Shown here: piece after piece, positions 7,238 through 13,956 of the stretch
How positions within the stretch are numbered: the first letter of the stretch is position 1
Layout of the letters: each line of letters opens with the position of its first letter
From: Candidatus Micrarchaeota archaeon
GTDB lineage: Archaea > Micrarchaeota > Micrarchaeia > Norongarragalinales > UBA97
NCBI GenBank assembly: GCA_038046065.1
Contig: JBBSWX010000052.1
Location: 1 to 36,774, forward strand
DNA: 36,774 nt
Direction of reading: 5' to 3'
The notes under the pieces: model-generated
What the model was told of the DNA's origin: nothing
The model's input: the letters and a program-made list of their open reading frames with translations, nothing else
The model's database searches: none
Position numbers and translations under genes: made by a program

Positions 7238-7639
7238 GTGACAATTTCTTCCCGCCGCCCCACGGGTCTTAAGGTCGTAGTGGTGCTTTCCGGCGTGCAA
7301 GGCGTGCTTTCAGTGCTGGCCGGCGTGCTTGTGCTGCTTTTGGCAATAGCCGGCTCGTCGGTTTCCGGCGTGTTCGGCTCCATCGGCGGTGACTTGGCAG
7401 TAGCGGTTGTGGGCGTCGTTGGCGCGGCGTTGTTCGCGCTTGGCACAATTTTTCTGCTGCTTGGCCTCGTGCGGTTGTTTGCCGCGTGGGGCTTGTGGAG
7501 GCTGGCCGCCTGGGCGCGTTTGCTTGAGTCAACGTTGGCGGTGCTTTCGCTTTTTAGCCCTCCGTTGGGTTCGCTGATGGCGGTTGTCGAGCTTTACTTT
7601 CTTTGGGTAGACCCTGCCACGCGCAGGCTTTTCGATTGA
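7238..7639 (+). CDS. membrane protein, 3-4 helices, unknown function
   Basis: GTG start. Hydrophobic segments include VVVVLSGVQGVLSVLAGVLVLLLAIAG and AVAVVGVVGAALFALGTIFLLLGLV. Confidence 0.5.
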   Translation: MTISSRRPTGLKVVVVLSGVQGVLSVLAGVLVLLLAIAGSSVSGVFGSIGGDLAVAVVGVVGAALFALGTIFLLLGLVRLFAAWGLWRLAAWARLLESTLAVLSLFSPPLGSLMAVVELYFLWVDPATRRLFD

Positions 7640-7679
7640 ACGGGCGTGAAAGTTTTGGCGAGTGTGAAGGTGTTTTCAA

Positions 7680-8255
7680 ATGCGTGACGATCATTTCTTC
7701 AGCAAGCTCAAGCGCGGGCCGCAAGTAGTGCTGCCGAAAGAGTTTGGCGTGCTCATTGCTTACGGCGGTATTGAGAACGGCGATAAGGTGATAGACGCGG
7801 GTTCGGGCAGCGGTTGGCTCGCCGTGCAGCTGGGCCGTACCGTAGGGCCGCAAGGCAAGGTTTATTCTTTCGAGTGGCGCGAGGATTTCGCCAAGCTTGC
7901 CGAGGGCAACGTGCGCAAAGCCGGTTTGGAGGGCGTTGTAGAAATAGTGCAGAAGAGCGCGTTCGACGGCTTTGGCGTCGAGGGCGTTGATGCCGTTTGC
8001 CTTGACATGGCTGATTCGGAGAAGGTGTTGCCGCACGCGCAAGCGGCGCTGCGGATGGGGGGCTTGTGCGTGGGCTTCCTGCCTAACATCGAGCAGGTGA
8101 AGGAGTTCGTGCTGCAAGGCGAGAAGCTTGGCTTCACGCACGAGCGTACTGCCGACGTGCTGGTGCGCGAGTGGCTCGTGCGCGACCGTGGCTGCCGCCC
8201 CCAGACTACGGGCTTGATGCACACTACATTCGTGTCGTTCTTGCGCAAGAAGTAG
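7680..8255 (+). CDS. trmI: tRNA (adenine-N1)-methyltransferase, TrmI/Trm61 (Gcd14) family
   Basis: RGPQVVLPKE, SAM motif VIDAGSGSGWLAVQL, GPQGKVYSFEWREDF, and C-terminal CRPQTTGLMHTTFVSFLRKK. Confidence 0.85.
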   Translation: MRDDHFFSKLKRGPQVVLPKEFGVLIAYGGIENGDKVIDAGSGSGWLAVQLGRTVGPQGKVYSFEWREDFAKLAEGNVRKAGLEGVVEIVQKSAFDGFGVEGVDAVCLDMADSEKVLPHAQAALRMGGLCVGFLPNIEQVKEFVLQGEKLGFTHERTADVLVREWLVRDRGCRPQTTGLMHTTFVSFLRKK

Positions 8256-8281
8256 CGCGTCTCCCCCCTGCCAGTTCTCTG

Positions 8282-8351
8282 GCAACGCGCAGTTTTCTGC
8301 AATGCGCAATTTCCTGCAACGCGCAATTCTTTCGCAATGCGCAATCGTTTT
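8282..8351. repeat. four tandem 17-18 nt direct repeats, GCAAYGCGCARTTYYYY
   Basis: gcaacgcgcagttttct / gcaatgcgcaatttcct / gcaacgcgcaattctttc / gcaatgcgcaatcgtttt, ending at a TTTTAAG box about 25 nt before ATG 8376. Confidence 0.7.
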
Positions 8352-8375
8352 AAGCCGCGGCTTCCTCAGTTACTT

Positions 8376-8867
8376 ATGAAGGTGGCGTTGGTAGTATTCG
8401 CGTTGGCATTCATAGCCGCCAGCCTTGCCGCGGTTGACTGTCTTGACTCCAGTTATTCGGGCGTGTGCGTTCTTTCCGAAGCGCCTTCCGACGACCTAGC
8501 ACAGCTTGCAGTTAAATACGTTGGAAAATTACGGTATTATTACGGTGGGACTGATCTTGAGCGCGGAGTTGATTGCTCTGGTTTCGTGCAGCAGCTTTAC
8601 TTGCAGTCGCGCGGAAGCCGCCTTAGCCGCACTGCCGCAAGCCAATTTAACGACAAGCGTGGCATTCTCGTGAACAAGAACCAACTTCAATCGGGCGACC
8701 TCGTATTTTTCAAAAACACTGGCAGCCGCAAAGGCATTACGCACGTAGGCATTTTCTTGAGCGGCTGTAACTTTATTCACGCCCCCGGTACGGGTAAGAA
8801 AGTTTCTTACGGCAACTTTTGCAGCCCGTACTACCGCGAGCACTATGCAGGCGCGCGCCGGGTGTAG
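8376..8867 (+). CDS. secreted NlpC/P60-family cell-wall endopeptidase
   Basis: Signal/anchor MKVALVVFALAFIAASLAAV. Catalytic Cys in GVDCSGFVQQLY and His in GITHVGIF, plus NFIHAP. The track start 8337 lies inside the repeat array, so ATG 8376 is preferred. Confidence 0.85.
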   Translation: MKVALVVFALAFIAASLAAVDCLDSSYSGVCVLSEAPSDDLAQLAVKYVGKLRYYYGGTDLERGVDCSGFVQQLYLQSRGSRLSRTAASQFNDKRGILVNKNQLQSGDLVFFKNTGSRKGITHVGIFLSGCNFIHAPGTGKKVSYGNFCSPYYREHYAGARRV

Positions 8868-8870
8868 GCA

Positions 8871-9632
8871 TTGGCTTTTGCGCTGCGCGAGGTGCGCGCC
8901 AAGTCGATAATCTCCAAGTCGGGCTTGCCCGGCGCGGATTTAGTCATCAATCCTTACGTTGGTTGCATGCACGGCTGCAAGTATTGCTACGCGCGTTTTA
9001 TGAAACGCTTTACGCACCACGCCGAGCCTTGGGGTTGTTTCGTGGACGTGAAAGCTAACGCCCCCGACCTCGTGCCGCAAGACGCCACTTCGTTGCGCGG
9101 CAAGAGCGTTGTCGTCGGTTCCGTCACCGACCCTTACCAGCTTTTGGAGGCGCGTTTTCGCGTCACGGCACGCGTTCTCAAGAAGCTTATTCCATTGCAG
9201 CCAAAGCTGTGCGTGTTGACGAAGTCTGACTTGGTGGTGCGCGATGCCGACGTGCTCTCGCAGTTCGGCGATTGCACGGTAGCCTTATCAATTTCCACGC
9301 TCGACCCCGCGCTGGCGCACGAGTTGGAGCCCCTCGCGCCTCCCCCCGCACGCAGGCTTCGCGCGTTGGCCGCGCTTAAGCGCGCCGGCGTGCGCGCAGG
9401 GGAGGGCGTTGCGGACGAGTTTTGGTTCGAGAACCTCAACCTCTACCCTTCCATTGCGGGCGTGATGCGCGCCTTCGTGAAGCGCCGGGCGCCCGACGCG
9501 GCTGTTGTTTTCGATGCCGCCTATGCGAAATGCAGTCGTTATTGGCGGGGGGAGGCGCGCGCCGTGCGTGCCTTCTGCCGCGAGCGGGGGCTTGCCGCAA
9601 AGTTTTACTTCCACCACGCACGTAAAAATTGA
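8871..9632 (+). CDS. radical SAM protein, SplB/COG1533-like
   Basis: YVGCMHGCKYCYARFM contains CxxxCxxC with an aromatic residue before the third Cys. GSVTDPYQ is also present. The TTG start is 3 nt after the NlpC/P60 stop. Confidence 0.75.
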   Translation: MAFALREVRAKSIISKSGLPGADLVINPYVGCMHGCKYCYARFMKRFTHHAEPWGCFVDVKANAPDLVPQDATSLRGKSVVVGSVTDPYQLLEARFRVTARVLKKLIPLQPKLCVLTKSDLVVRDADVLSQFGDCTVALSISTLDPALAHELEPLAPPPARRLRALAALKRAGVRAGEGVADEFWFENLNLYPSIAGVMRAFVKRRAPDAAVVFDAAYAKCSRYWRGEARAVRAFCRERGLAAKFYFHHARKN

Positions 9633-9657
9633 TTCCCGCATTTCTTGCGGAATTTTC
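9633..9657 (+). terminator. imperfect hairpin plus T-run
   Basis: ATTCCCGCA-tttct-TGCGGAAT followed by TTTT, immediately after stop 9632. Confidence 0.35.
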
Positions 9658-9756
9658 GCCGCATAATTTTCTATTTCCAATAAAACCCTTCAATAATTTT
9701 TTGTTTGCGTTTTCTTCGGGCGAGTTTTCTTTAACTCCGTTCATCAAGGTTTGTGC

Positions 9757-9951
9757 ATGCATTTCAACCGCGCGTTACGCCGAGGGTTGGCGCTCTACGT
9801 CGGCTTCATTCTCGTGTTGCAAGGCGGGTTGGGTTTGTTGTGGCAAATCGTCGCCATCTCGCCCATTCCGTTTTTCGCGCTTGAGCTCGTTGCGGGCGCG
9901 CTCTTGCTGCTGAAGCTCGGTTATTTCGAGTGGCTGGGCACGGCCGTGTGA
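9757..9951 (+). CDS. small two-helix membrane protein (weak call)
   Basis: MHFNRALRRGLALYVGFILVLQGGLGLLWQIV...ALELVAGALLLLKLGYF. It follows an AT-rich spacer. Confidence 0.3.
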   Translation: MHFNRALRRGLALYVGFILVLQGGLGLLWQIVAISPIPFFALELVAGALLLLKLGYFEWLGTAV

Positions 9952-9989
9952 GTAGCAATATATATCTGGCCGCATCAATTTTCTTTTTG

Positions 9990-10916
9990 ATGGCTTTGAA
10001 CACCTCGGTGGCGGGAGTTGCGCTTGGGGGGTACGTTTGCAACGCTTCCGGCCCGCGCGACGCTACGTTAGAGGAGCTAGAGGTAATAGCAAACTCGGGT
10101 TCTTCCGCAATCGTCATGAAGTCTTGCACGCGCGAGCCCCGCGAGGGCAACGAAGAGCCGCGGTATTCGCGGCTTGCGTTCGGCGCGATTCAGTCGATGG
10201 GCTTGCCGAACTTGGGTTTCAAGGCGTACGTTGGTTTCGCGTCGCAGCTTGCTGGCCGCGGCAAGCCCGTCGTGGCGAGCGTGGCGGGATTGTCGTTAGA
10301 AGATTTTGTGTTGATGGTCGGGGCCTTTCAGGACAGCGCGGTTGACTTGATAGAAGTTAACTTGAGTTGCCCGAACCTCGCGGGAAAACCGCCGGTTGCT
10401 TACGATTTCAGTCGTACCGCGGAAGTGTTGGATGCAGTGTGCGGTTTGGGCAGCAAGCCCGTGGGGCTCAAACTGCCGCCGTACTACGATTTCGTGCATC
10501 ACGATGCGGCTTGCGGGCTTATCGCGAGCCACCGCGTGGGGTTCGTAACTTGCATAAACTCGATAGGCAACGCGTTGGCGATAAACCCCGAGACGGAAGC
10601 GCCGGTCATTCGGCCGAAAGGCGGTTTCGGCGGGTTGTGCGGCGATTACATAAAGCCCGTCGCGTTGGCTAACGTCAGGGCGTTTTTCGAGCGGTTGGCC
10701 GGCAAGGTTTCCATCTTCGGCGTTGGCGGCGTGAAGTCGGGGAGTGACGCGTTCGAGTTCCTCCTAGCTGGCGCTGACGCGGTGCAAGTGGCAACCGCCT
10801 TCGAGAACGAGGGGCCTGCGTGTTTCGGCAGGATTGCTTCGGAACTCGAGTTGATTCTCCAGCGGAAAGGCTATTCGTCGGTGGACGGCGTGAAGGGGAG
10901 GCTCAAGCGCGTTTGA
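9990..10916 (+). CDS. pyrD: dihydroorotate dehydrogenase, class 1 (1A-like)
   Basis: NASGPRDATLEEL, KSCTREPREGNEEPRY, NLSCPN (catalytic Cys), GGFGGLCG, and GVGGVKSGSDAFEFLLAGADAVQV. ATG 9990 gives the typical length of about 308 aa. Confidence 0.9.
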   Translation: MALNTSVAGVALGGYVCNASGPRDATLEELEVIANSGSSAIVMKSCTREPREGNEEPRYSRLAFGAIQSMGLPNLGFKAYVGFASQLAGRGKPVVASVAGLSLEDFVLMVGAFQDSAVDLIEVNLSCPNLAGKPPVAYDFSRTAEVLDAVCGLGSKPVGLKLPPYYDFVHHDAACGLIASHRVGFVTCINSIGNALAINPETEAPVIRPKGGFGGLCGDYIKPVALANVRAFFERLAGKVSIFGVGGVKSGSDAFEFLLAGADAVQVATAFENEGPACFGRIASELELILQRKGYSSVDGVKGRLKRV

Positions 10917-10920
10917 GAAG

Positions 10921-11319
10921 TTGGCGGTTGGCGTGAACAAAGAACCTCGTATTGGCGTTGGCGTCATCATCGAGCGCGCCGGCCTCGTGCTTTTAGGTTA
11001 TAGGCTTGACTTGCGTTGCTGGCAATTTCCCGGCGGTCGCGTGGAGTTCGGCGAGACTATTGAGGAATGCGCCCGCCGCGAAGTAGCGGAAGAGACGGGC
11101 CTTCGCATAGGCCGCACGTCGTTCGCAGGCATCACTACGGACGTAATTCTTTCAGGCCATTGGGTGACGGCCTTCCAGCGCGCCCTTTCCGCGGAGGGGG
11201 AGGCGTGCGTGCTCGAGCCTGACAAGTTCAGCGCGTGGCAGTGGTTTTCGTGGCAGGATCTTCCCCAGCCGCTCTTCCAGCCGATTAACAGCATACTGGC
11301 AGTTGGCTTCAAGCCTTGA
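10921..11319 (+). CDS. Nudix hydrolase
   Basis: Nudix box GGRVEFGETIEECARREVAEETGL. Confidence 0.8.
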   Translation: MAVGVNKEPRIGVGVIIERAGLVLLGYRLDLRCWQFPGGRVEFGETIEECARREVAEETGLRIGRTSFAGITTDVILSGHWVTAFQRALSAEGEACVLEPDKFSAWQWFSWQDLPQPLFQPINSILAVGFKP

Positions 11320-11364
11320 CTTAGCGCGCAACCATTTTATTCTCGTTGTGGGATCATTGTTTTA

Positions 11365-11631
11365 ATGGCCGCTCTCGAGCAGTTGGAAAAAGAAGTTCGC
11401 AGCATTAAAGAGCGGAATGCGTGCGTCGAGCGGGACAAGGCGTGGGAAACCAGCTGGGCGCGCAGGGCAACATTGTTCCTGTTGACTTACGCGGCCATCG
11501 CCATATATTTTCACGCCGCGGGGCTTCCCCAGCCGTTCGTCAACGCCGTAGTTCCGGCGCTGGCCTTCGTAATCTCGACGCTCACGCTGCCGTTCTTCAA
11601 GCGCATATGGCTGGCGCGCCGGTTTAAGTAA
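11365..11631 (+). CDS. small protein with a coiled-coil N-terminus and two TM helices
   Basis: MAALEQLEKEVRSIKERN... followed by ATLFLLTYAAIAIYF and VVPALAFVISTLTLPF. Confidence 0.45.
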   Translation: MAALEQLEKEVRSIKERNACVERDKAWETSWARRATLFLLTYAAIAIYFHAAGLPQPFVNAVVPALAFVISTLTLPFFKRIWLARRFK

Positions 11632-11642
11632 TTAGCTTGACG

Positions 11643-12008
11643 TTATTTTCGTTTGTAGCCAAAGAGTTTGTCGTAGGCGGGATGGTTAAACACGCAAAGG
11701 ACGAACGCAACTATTTCTATCCGGTTTCCTTCAAGCGCGTATAGCATTCTCCAGCGGCCGGTCAGCTCAATTCGGAAGAGGTTAGAGACATTCAAGCTCT
11801 TTGGGATTAGTTTCTTCGGGATGTTGTTTCCGTACGTCGGGTTCTTTTTTATCAATTCGGCTTTCTGCAGTATGGCTGCTACCCGCTGCATTTCTTCGGA
11901 GTTGGTTATTCCTTTTGCTTGTTGTTCTCTGGCAAGCCGGTTGAGCCGTTCGAACTCGTCTTTCGCTTGTCCTTTCAAGATGACTTTTACAGGTCGGCTA
12001 TCGGTCAT
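11643..12008 (-). CDS. RelE/ParE-superfamily toxin-like protein
   Basis: C-terminal LFRIELTGRWRMLYALEGNRIEIVAFVLCVFNHPAYDKLF resembles the RelE/ParE core. There is an ATGA overlap with the upstream small gene. The local sequence is AT-richer. Confidence 0.55.
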   Translation of the reverse strand: MTDSRPVKVILKGQAKDEFERLNRLAREQQAKGITNSEEMQRVAAILQKAELIKKNPTYGNNIPKKLIPKSLNVSNLFRIELTGRWRMLYALEGNRIEIVAFVLCVFNHPAYDKLFGYKRK

Positions 12009-12283
12009 AGTTCTAGCCCGCCTTTCTTTAGTATTTCAAGTTCGGCAGATGGCCGGTAAACCCAAAGCACGCCCTTCGTAGTAATTAGAATCTTTCCGCT
12101 CTCTTGCAGGTAGTCAATAATCTGCAAAAGCGTATTATGCATCACCTGCTTAGGAAGCTGGCGCTTCAGCTCGGCAATCTTAAGCACTTCCTTGGCTTGC
12201 CGCAGCGTCTCTTCAACCATAAGCACAGTTGCAAGTCGAGGAGAGTGCATTACCCGCATTGGTTGAGCTTGAGGAGTTTTCAT
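12005..12283 (-). CDS. putative antitoxin / small winged-helix-like protein
   Basis: A 92-aa gene 4-nt coupled to the toxin-like gene. TTATATAC lies about 25 nt upstream of the ATG, which suggests a leaderless transcript. Confidence 0.5.
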   Translation of the reverse strand: MKTPQAQPMRVMHSPRLATVLMVEETLRQAKEVLKIAELKRQLPKQVMHNTLLQIIDYLQESGKILITTKGVLWVYRPSAELEILKKGGLEL

Positions 12284-12463
12284 AATTAACTACGTATCGA
12301 ATAGGTATATAACTATGTCTATTAGGGCTAATTATGTTTTCGGGCGTTTAGACCTAGCTTAGGCGAAGACTTTCAGGATGCAACATCGCCGCAAAAAGGT
12401 AAACTGGTTTTTTGAGGCCATATACGGCTAACCGTAATATACCGGCATTCATTTATTTCACCT

Positions 12464-13102
12464 GTGCACGAGGGAATCGTACGGGCATTACAGTGCCGGC
12501 GTTTTGGACGGTATAAAGTCAACGCTCCGCAAGAAACAAGTGTCGACTCTAGTTTCGTGATGCTTTGGGGGCATTTGGGTAAAGAACGCGCTGATTTAGT
12601 GGATGAGCAGACTATTGAGTTCCTTAAGTTGCTAAGGGCTAGAATTCATTCAGAAACTGGGCGGCGTAATGTTTTCAGGGTCATTCTTGCAGATTCCCAC
12701 GCACAAATAAATGGCGTGCCCGCTTCGGGCTATCTGGAAACCGTGCGCCAAAAGCTGGAGCGTGACGGGTTTGAAGTCGCCAACTTAAGCTCGTACTGGA
12801 AGAAATGGGGTCTTAACCGAACTAAAGTGCTTGCGCACGCTGAGAAGGTAAGGTTGACTAATCCGAGACTTGAATTGGAATTGCTTCGAGGAGCGCGTTT
12901 CTATAGGGGCGGATCGCCGGCAGGGCATTTGGTTTACTATGCAATGCGGAGCTTGGAAAAACCTCACGTTACTAACGAGTTTTCGGGCCACGTATTCCTC
13001 ACTTACAACAGTCCAAGTTATAGGGAGATACTGCCAGACTTGCCGATAGGCTACATTCGCGCACGACCTGGAACATCCAGACCGCCTTGGATACCGGCTT
13101 GA
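12464..13102 (+). CDS. hypothetical protein, no family recognised
   Basis: 212-aa ORF with a GTG start 22-29 nt downstream of TAATATAC (leaderless geometry). It lies in the AT-richer islet. Confidence 0.5.
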   Translation: MHEGIVRALQCRRFGRYKVNAPQETSVDSSFVMLWGHLGKERADLVDEQTIEFLKLLRARIHSETGRRNVFRVILADSHAQINGVPASGYLETVRQKLERDGFEVANLSSYWKKWGLNRTKVLAHAEKVRLTNPRLELELLRGARFYRGGSPAGHLVYYAMRSLEKPHVTNEFSGHVFLTYNSPSYREILPDLPIGYIRARPGTSRPPWIPA

Positions 13103-13140
13103 AGGGCACAAGCAATTCGCGGCTTGACCGAAATAAAGTA

Positions 13141-13168
13141 TGCGGGGAGCCGGATTTGAACCCGCCGC
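13141..13168 (-). pseudogene. tRNA 3' fragment (T-arm plus 3' acceptor strand) directly fused to a tRNA-type leader
   Basis: Minus strand reads GCG-GCGGG-TTCAAAT-CCGGC-TCCCCGC-A, with one mismatch in the T-stem. It is preceded by ...TTTTTGGTCAAGTTTTTCAAGCGAGCGAAGAAAAGGTT, the same module seen upstream of tRNA-Leu and tRNA-Lys. Confidence 0.5.
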
Positions 13169-13210
13169 AACCTTTTCTTCGCTCGCTTGAAAAACTTGAC
13201 CAAAAATCTG
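13169..13210 (-). promoter_or_regulatory. tRNA promoter/leader module, copy 1
   Basis: AGATTTTTGGTCAAGTTTTTCAAGCGAGCGAAGAAAAGGTT (minus strand). Confidence 0.45.
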
Positions 13211-13228
13211 CAGGGCTGAATTGGGACG

Positions 13229-13313
13229 TGCGGGGGGAGGGATTTGAACCCCCGAACCCCTAAGGGAGGAGATCTTAAGTCTCCCGCATTTGGCCAGGCT
13301 CTGCCACCCCCGC
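13229..13313 (-). tRNA. tRNA-Leu (anticodon TAA)
   Basis: GCGGGGG-TG-GCAGAGCCTGGCCAAATGC-G-GGAGA-CTTAAGA-TCTCC-long variable arm-GGGGG-TTCAAAT-CCCTC-CCCCCGC-A. The cloverleaf was folded by hand. Confidence 0.9.
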
Positions 13314-13375
13314 AACCTTTTCTGCGCGCCTCGCCTACCGCGCTCGGCGCTTGAAAAGCTTGACCAAAACTTTAC
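13314..13375 (-). promoter_or_regulatory. tRNA promoter/leader module, copy 2 (tRNA-Leu)
   Basis: AAAGTTTTGGTCAAGCTTTTCAAGCGCCGAGCGCGGTAGGCGAGGCGCGCAGAAAAGGTT, immediately 5' of tRNA-Leu. Confidence 0.45.
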
Positions 13376-13500
13376 GCAACCTTTTGCTTGCTCCGCCGAT
13401 GATTCACCCGCGGGTGAAAACGCCGGTCGTTCTGCGGAACTTCCCGGTCGTCGGCGTGCGCGCCTCCTCGACTGCGCAAGCAAAAGCTTTACCAAAATCT
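13376..13500 (-). other. tRNA-less, expanded copy of the tRNA-Lys leader module (candidate structured small RNA)
   Basis: The first 50 nt or so and the last 16 nt or so nearly match the tRNA-Lys leader (25517-25586). A roughly 55-nt insert carries nested hairpins (CCGG..GTTC-CGCA-GAAC..CCGG and TTCACC-CGCG-GGTGAA). No tRNA follows AAAAGGTT. Confidence 0.35.
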
Positions 13501-13627
13501 TGGTAAGGTCTTGCCTATTAGCTTTCCGTGAACGCTTTCGAGAACGCCGAGCTTCCTGCGAGGCGTTCGAAGAACGGGTTCATACCTTGCGGTAGCGCTT
13601 GAATAAAAGCGCGCGCGAAGGACGTGT

Positions 13628-13780
13628 CTACTTGGTTTCCTTCTTGCGCGCCCGTTTGGGTCGTAAGTTCGGGTAGTTGCATTTGCGGCAGCGATCCGCG
13701 CCCTTGGCGTTGCGAGCCTTGCACTTTTTGCATATGAGTATGTTGAAAAGCGCTTTGTCAGCAATCGGGAATTTTCCCAT
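13628..13780 (-). CDS. rpl40e: 50S ribosomal protein eL40 (L40e)
   Basis: Hand translation gives MGKFPIADKALFNILICKKCKARNAKGADRCRKCNYPNLRPKRARKKETK*. It has a CxxC...CxxC zinc ribbon, and AGGTGA lies 7 nt upstream. It is not in the ORF track (50 aa). Confidence 0.85.
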   Translation of the reverse strand: MGKFPIADKALFNILICKKCKARNAKGADRCRKCNYPNLRPKRARKKETK

Positions 13781-13956
13781 GATTATTCACCTTGGAGCGT
13801 GGCTTCTACCCGCGCGATATACTGTTTGTGCCCCCGGCATTTTAATAACCCTTTCCGCACGCGCTTCCGGCGGCGTCTCCCATCTCGGCAGGAGCAGTTC
13901 GTCTGGCAGGCGTCACAAAAAAGGTTAAGAGGCTGCCGCCGGCAGAATGTATTTGC

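Noticed and set aside
8282-8351. Possible CRISPR array
   Set aside because: The repeats are only 17-18 nt and directly adjacent with no spacers. No cas genes or other CRISPR-like arrays occur anywhere in the window.
11640-13140. Integrated mobile element with a recombinase
   Set aside because: There is no integrase, transposase or terminal inverted or direct repeat pair. Only the compositional shift and the tRNA remnant are present, so it is reported as an islet rather than called a mobile element.
13376-13500. C/D-box or H/ACA guide RNA, or a hidden tRNA, in the orphan module
   Set aside because: There is no RUGAUGA/CUGA box pair or ACA box in a sensible position. Only three helices can be drawn, there is no anticodon arm, and GATGATT on the plus strand does not fit a C box.
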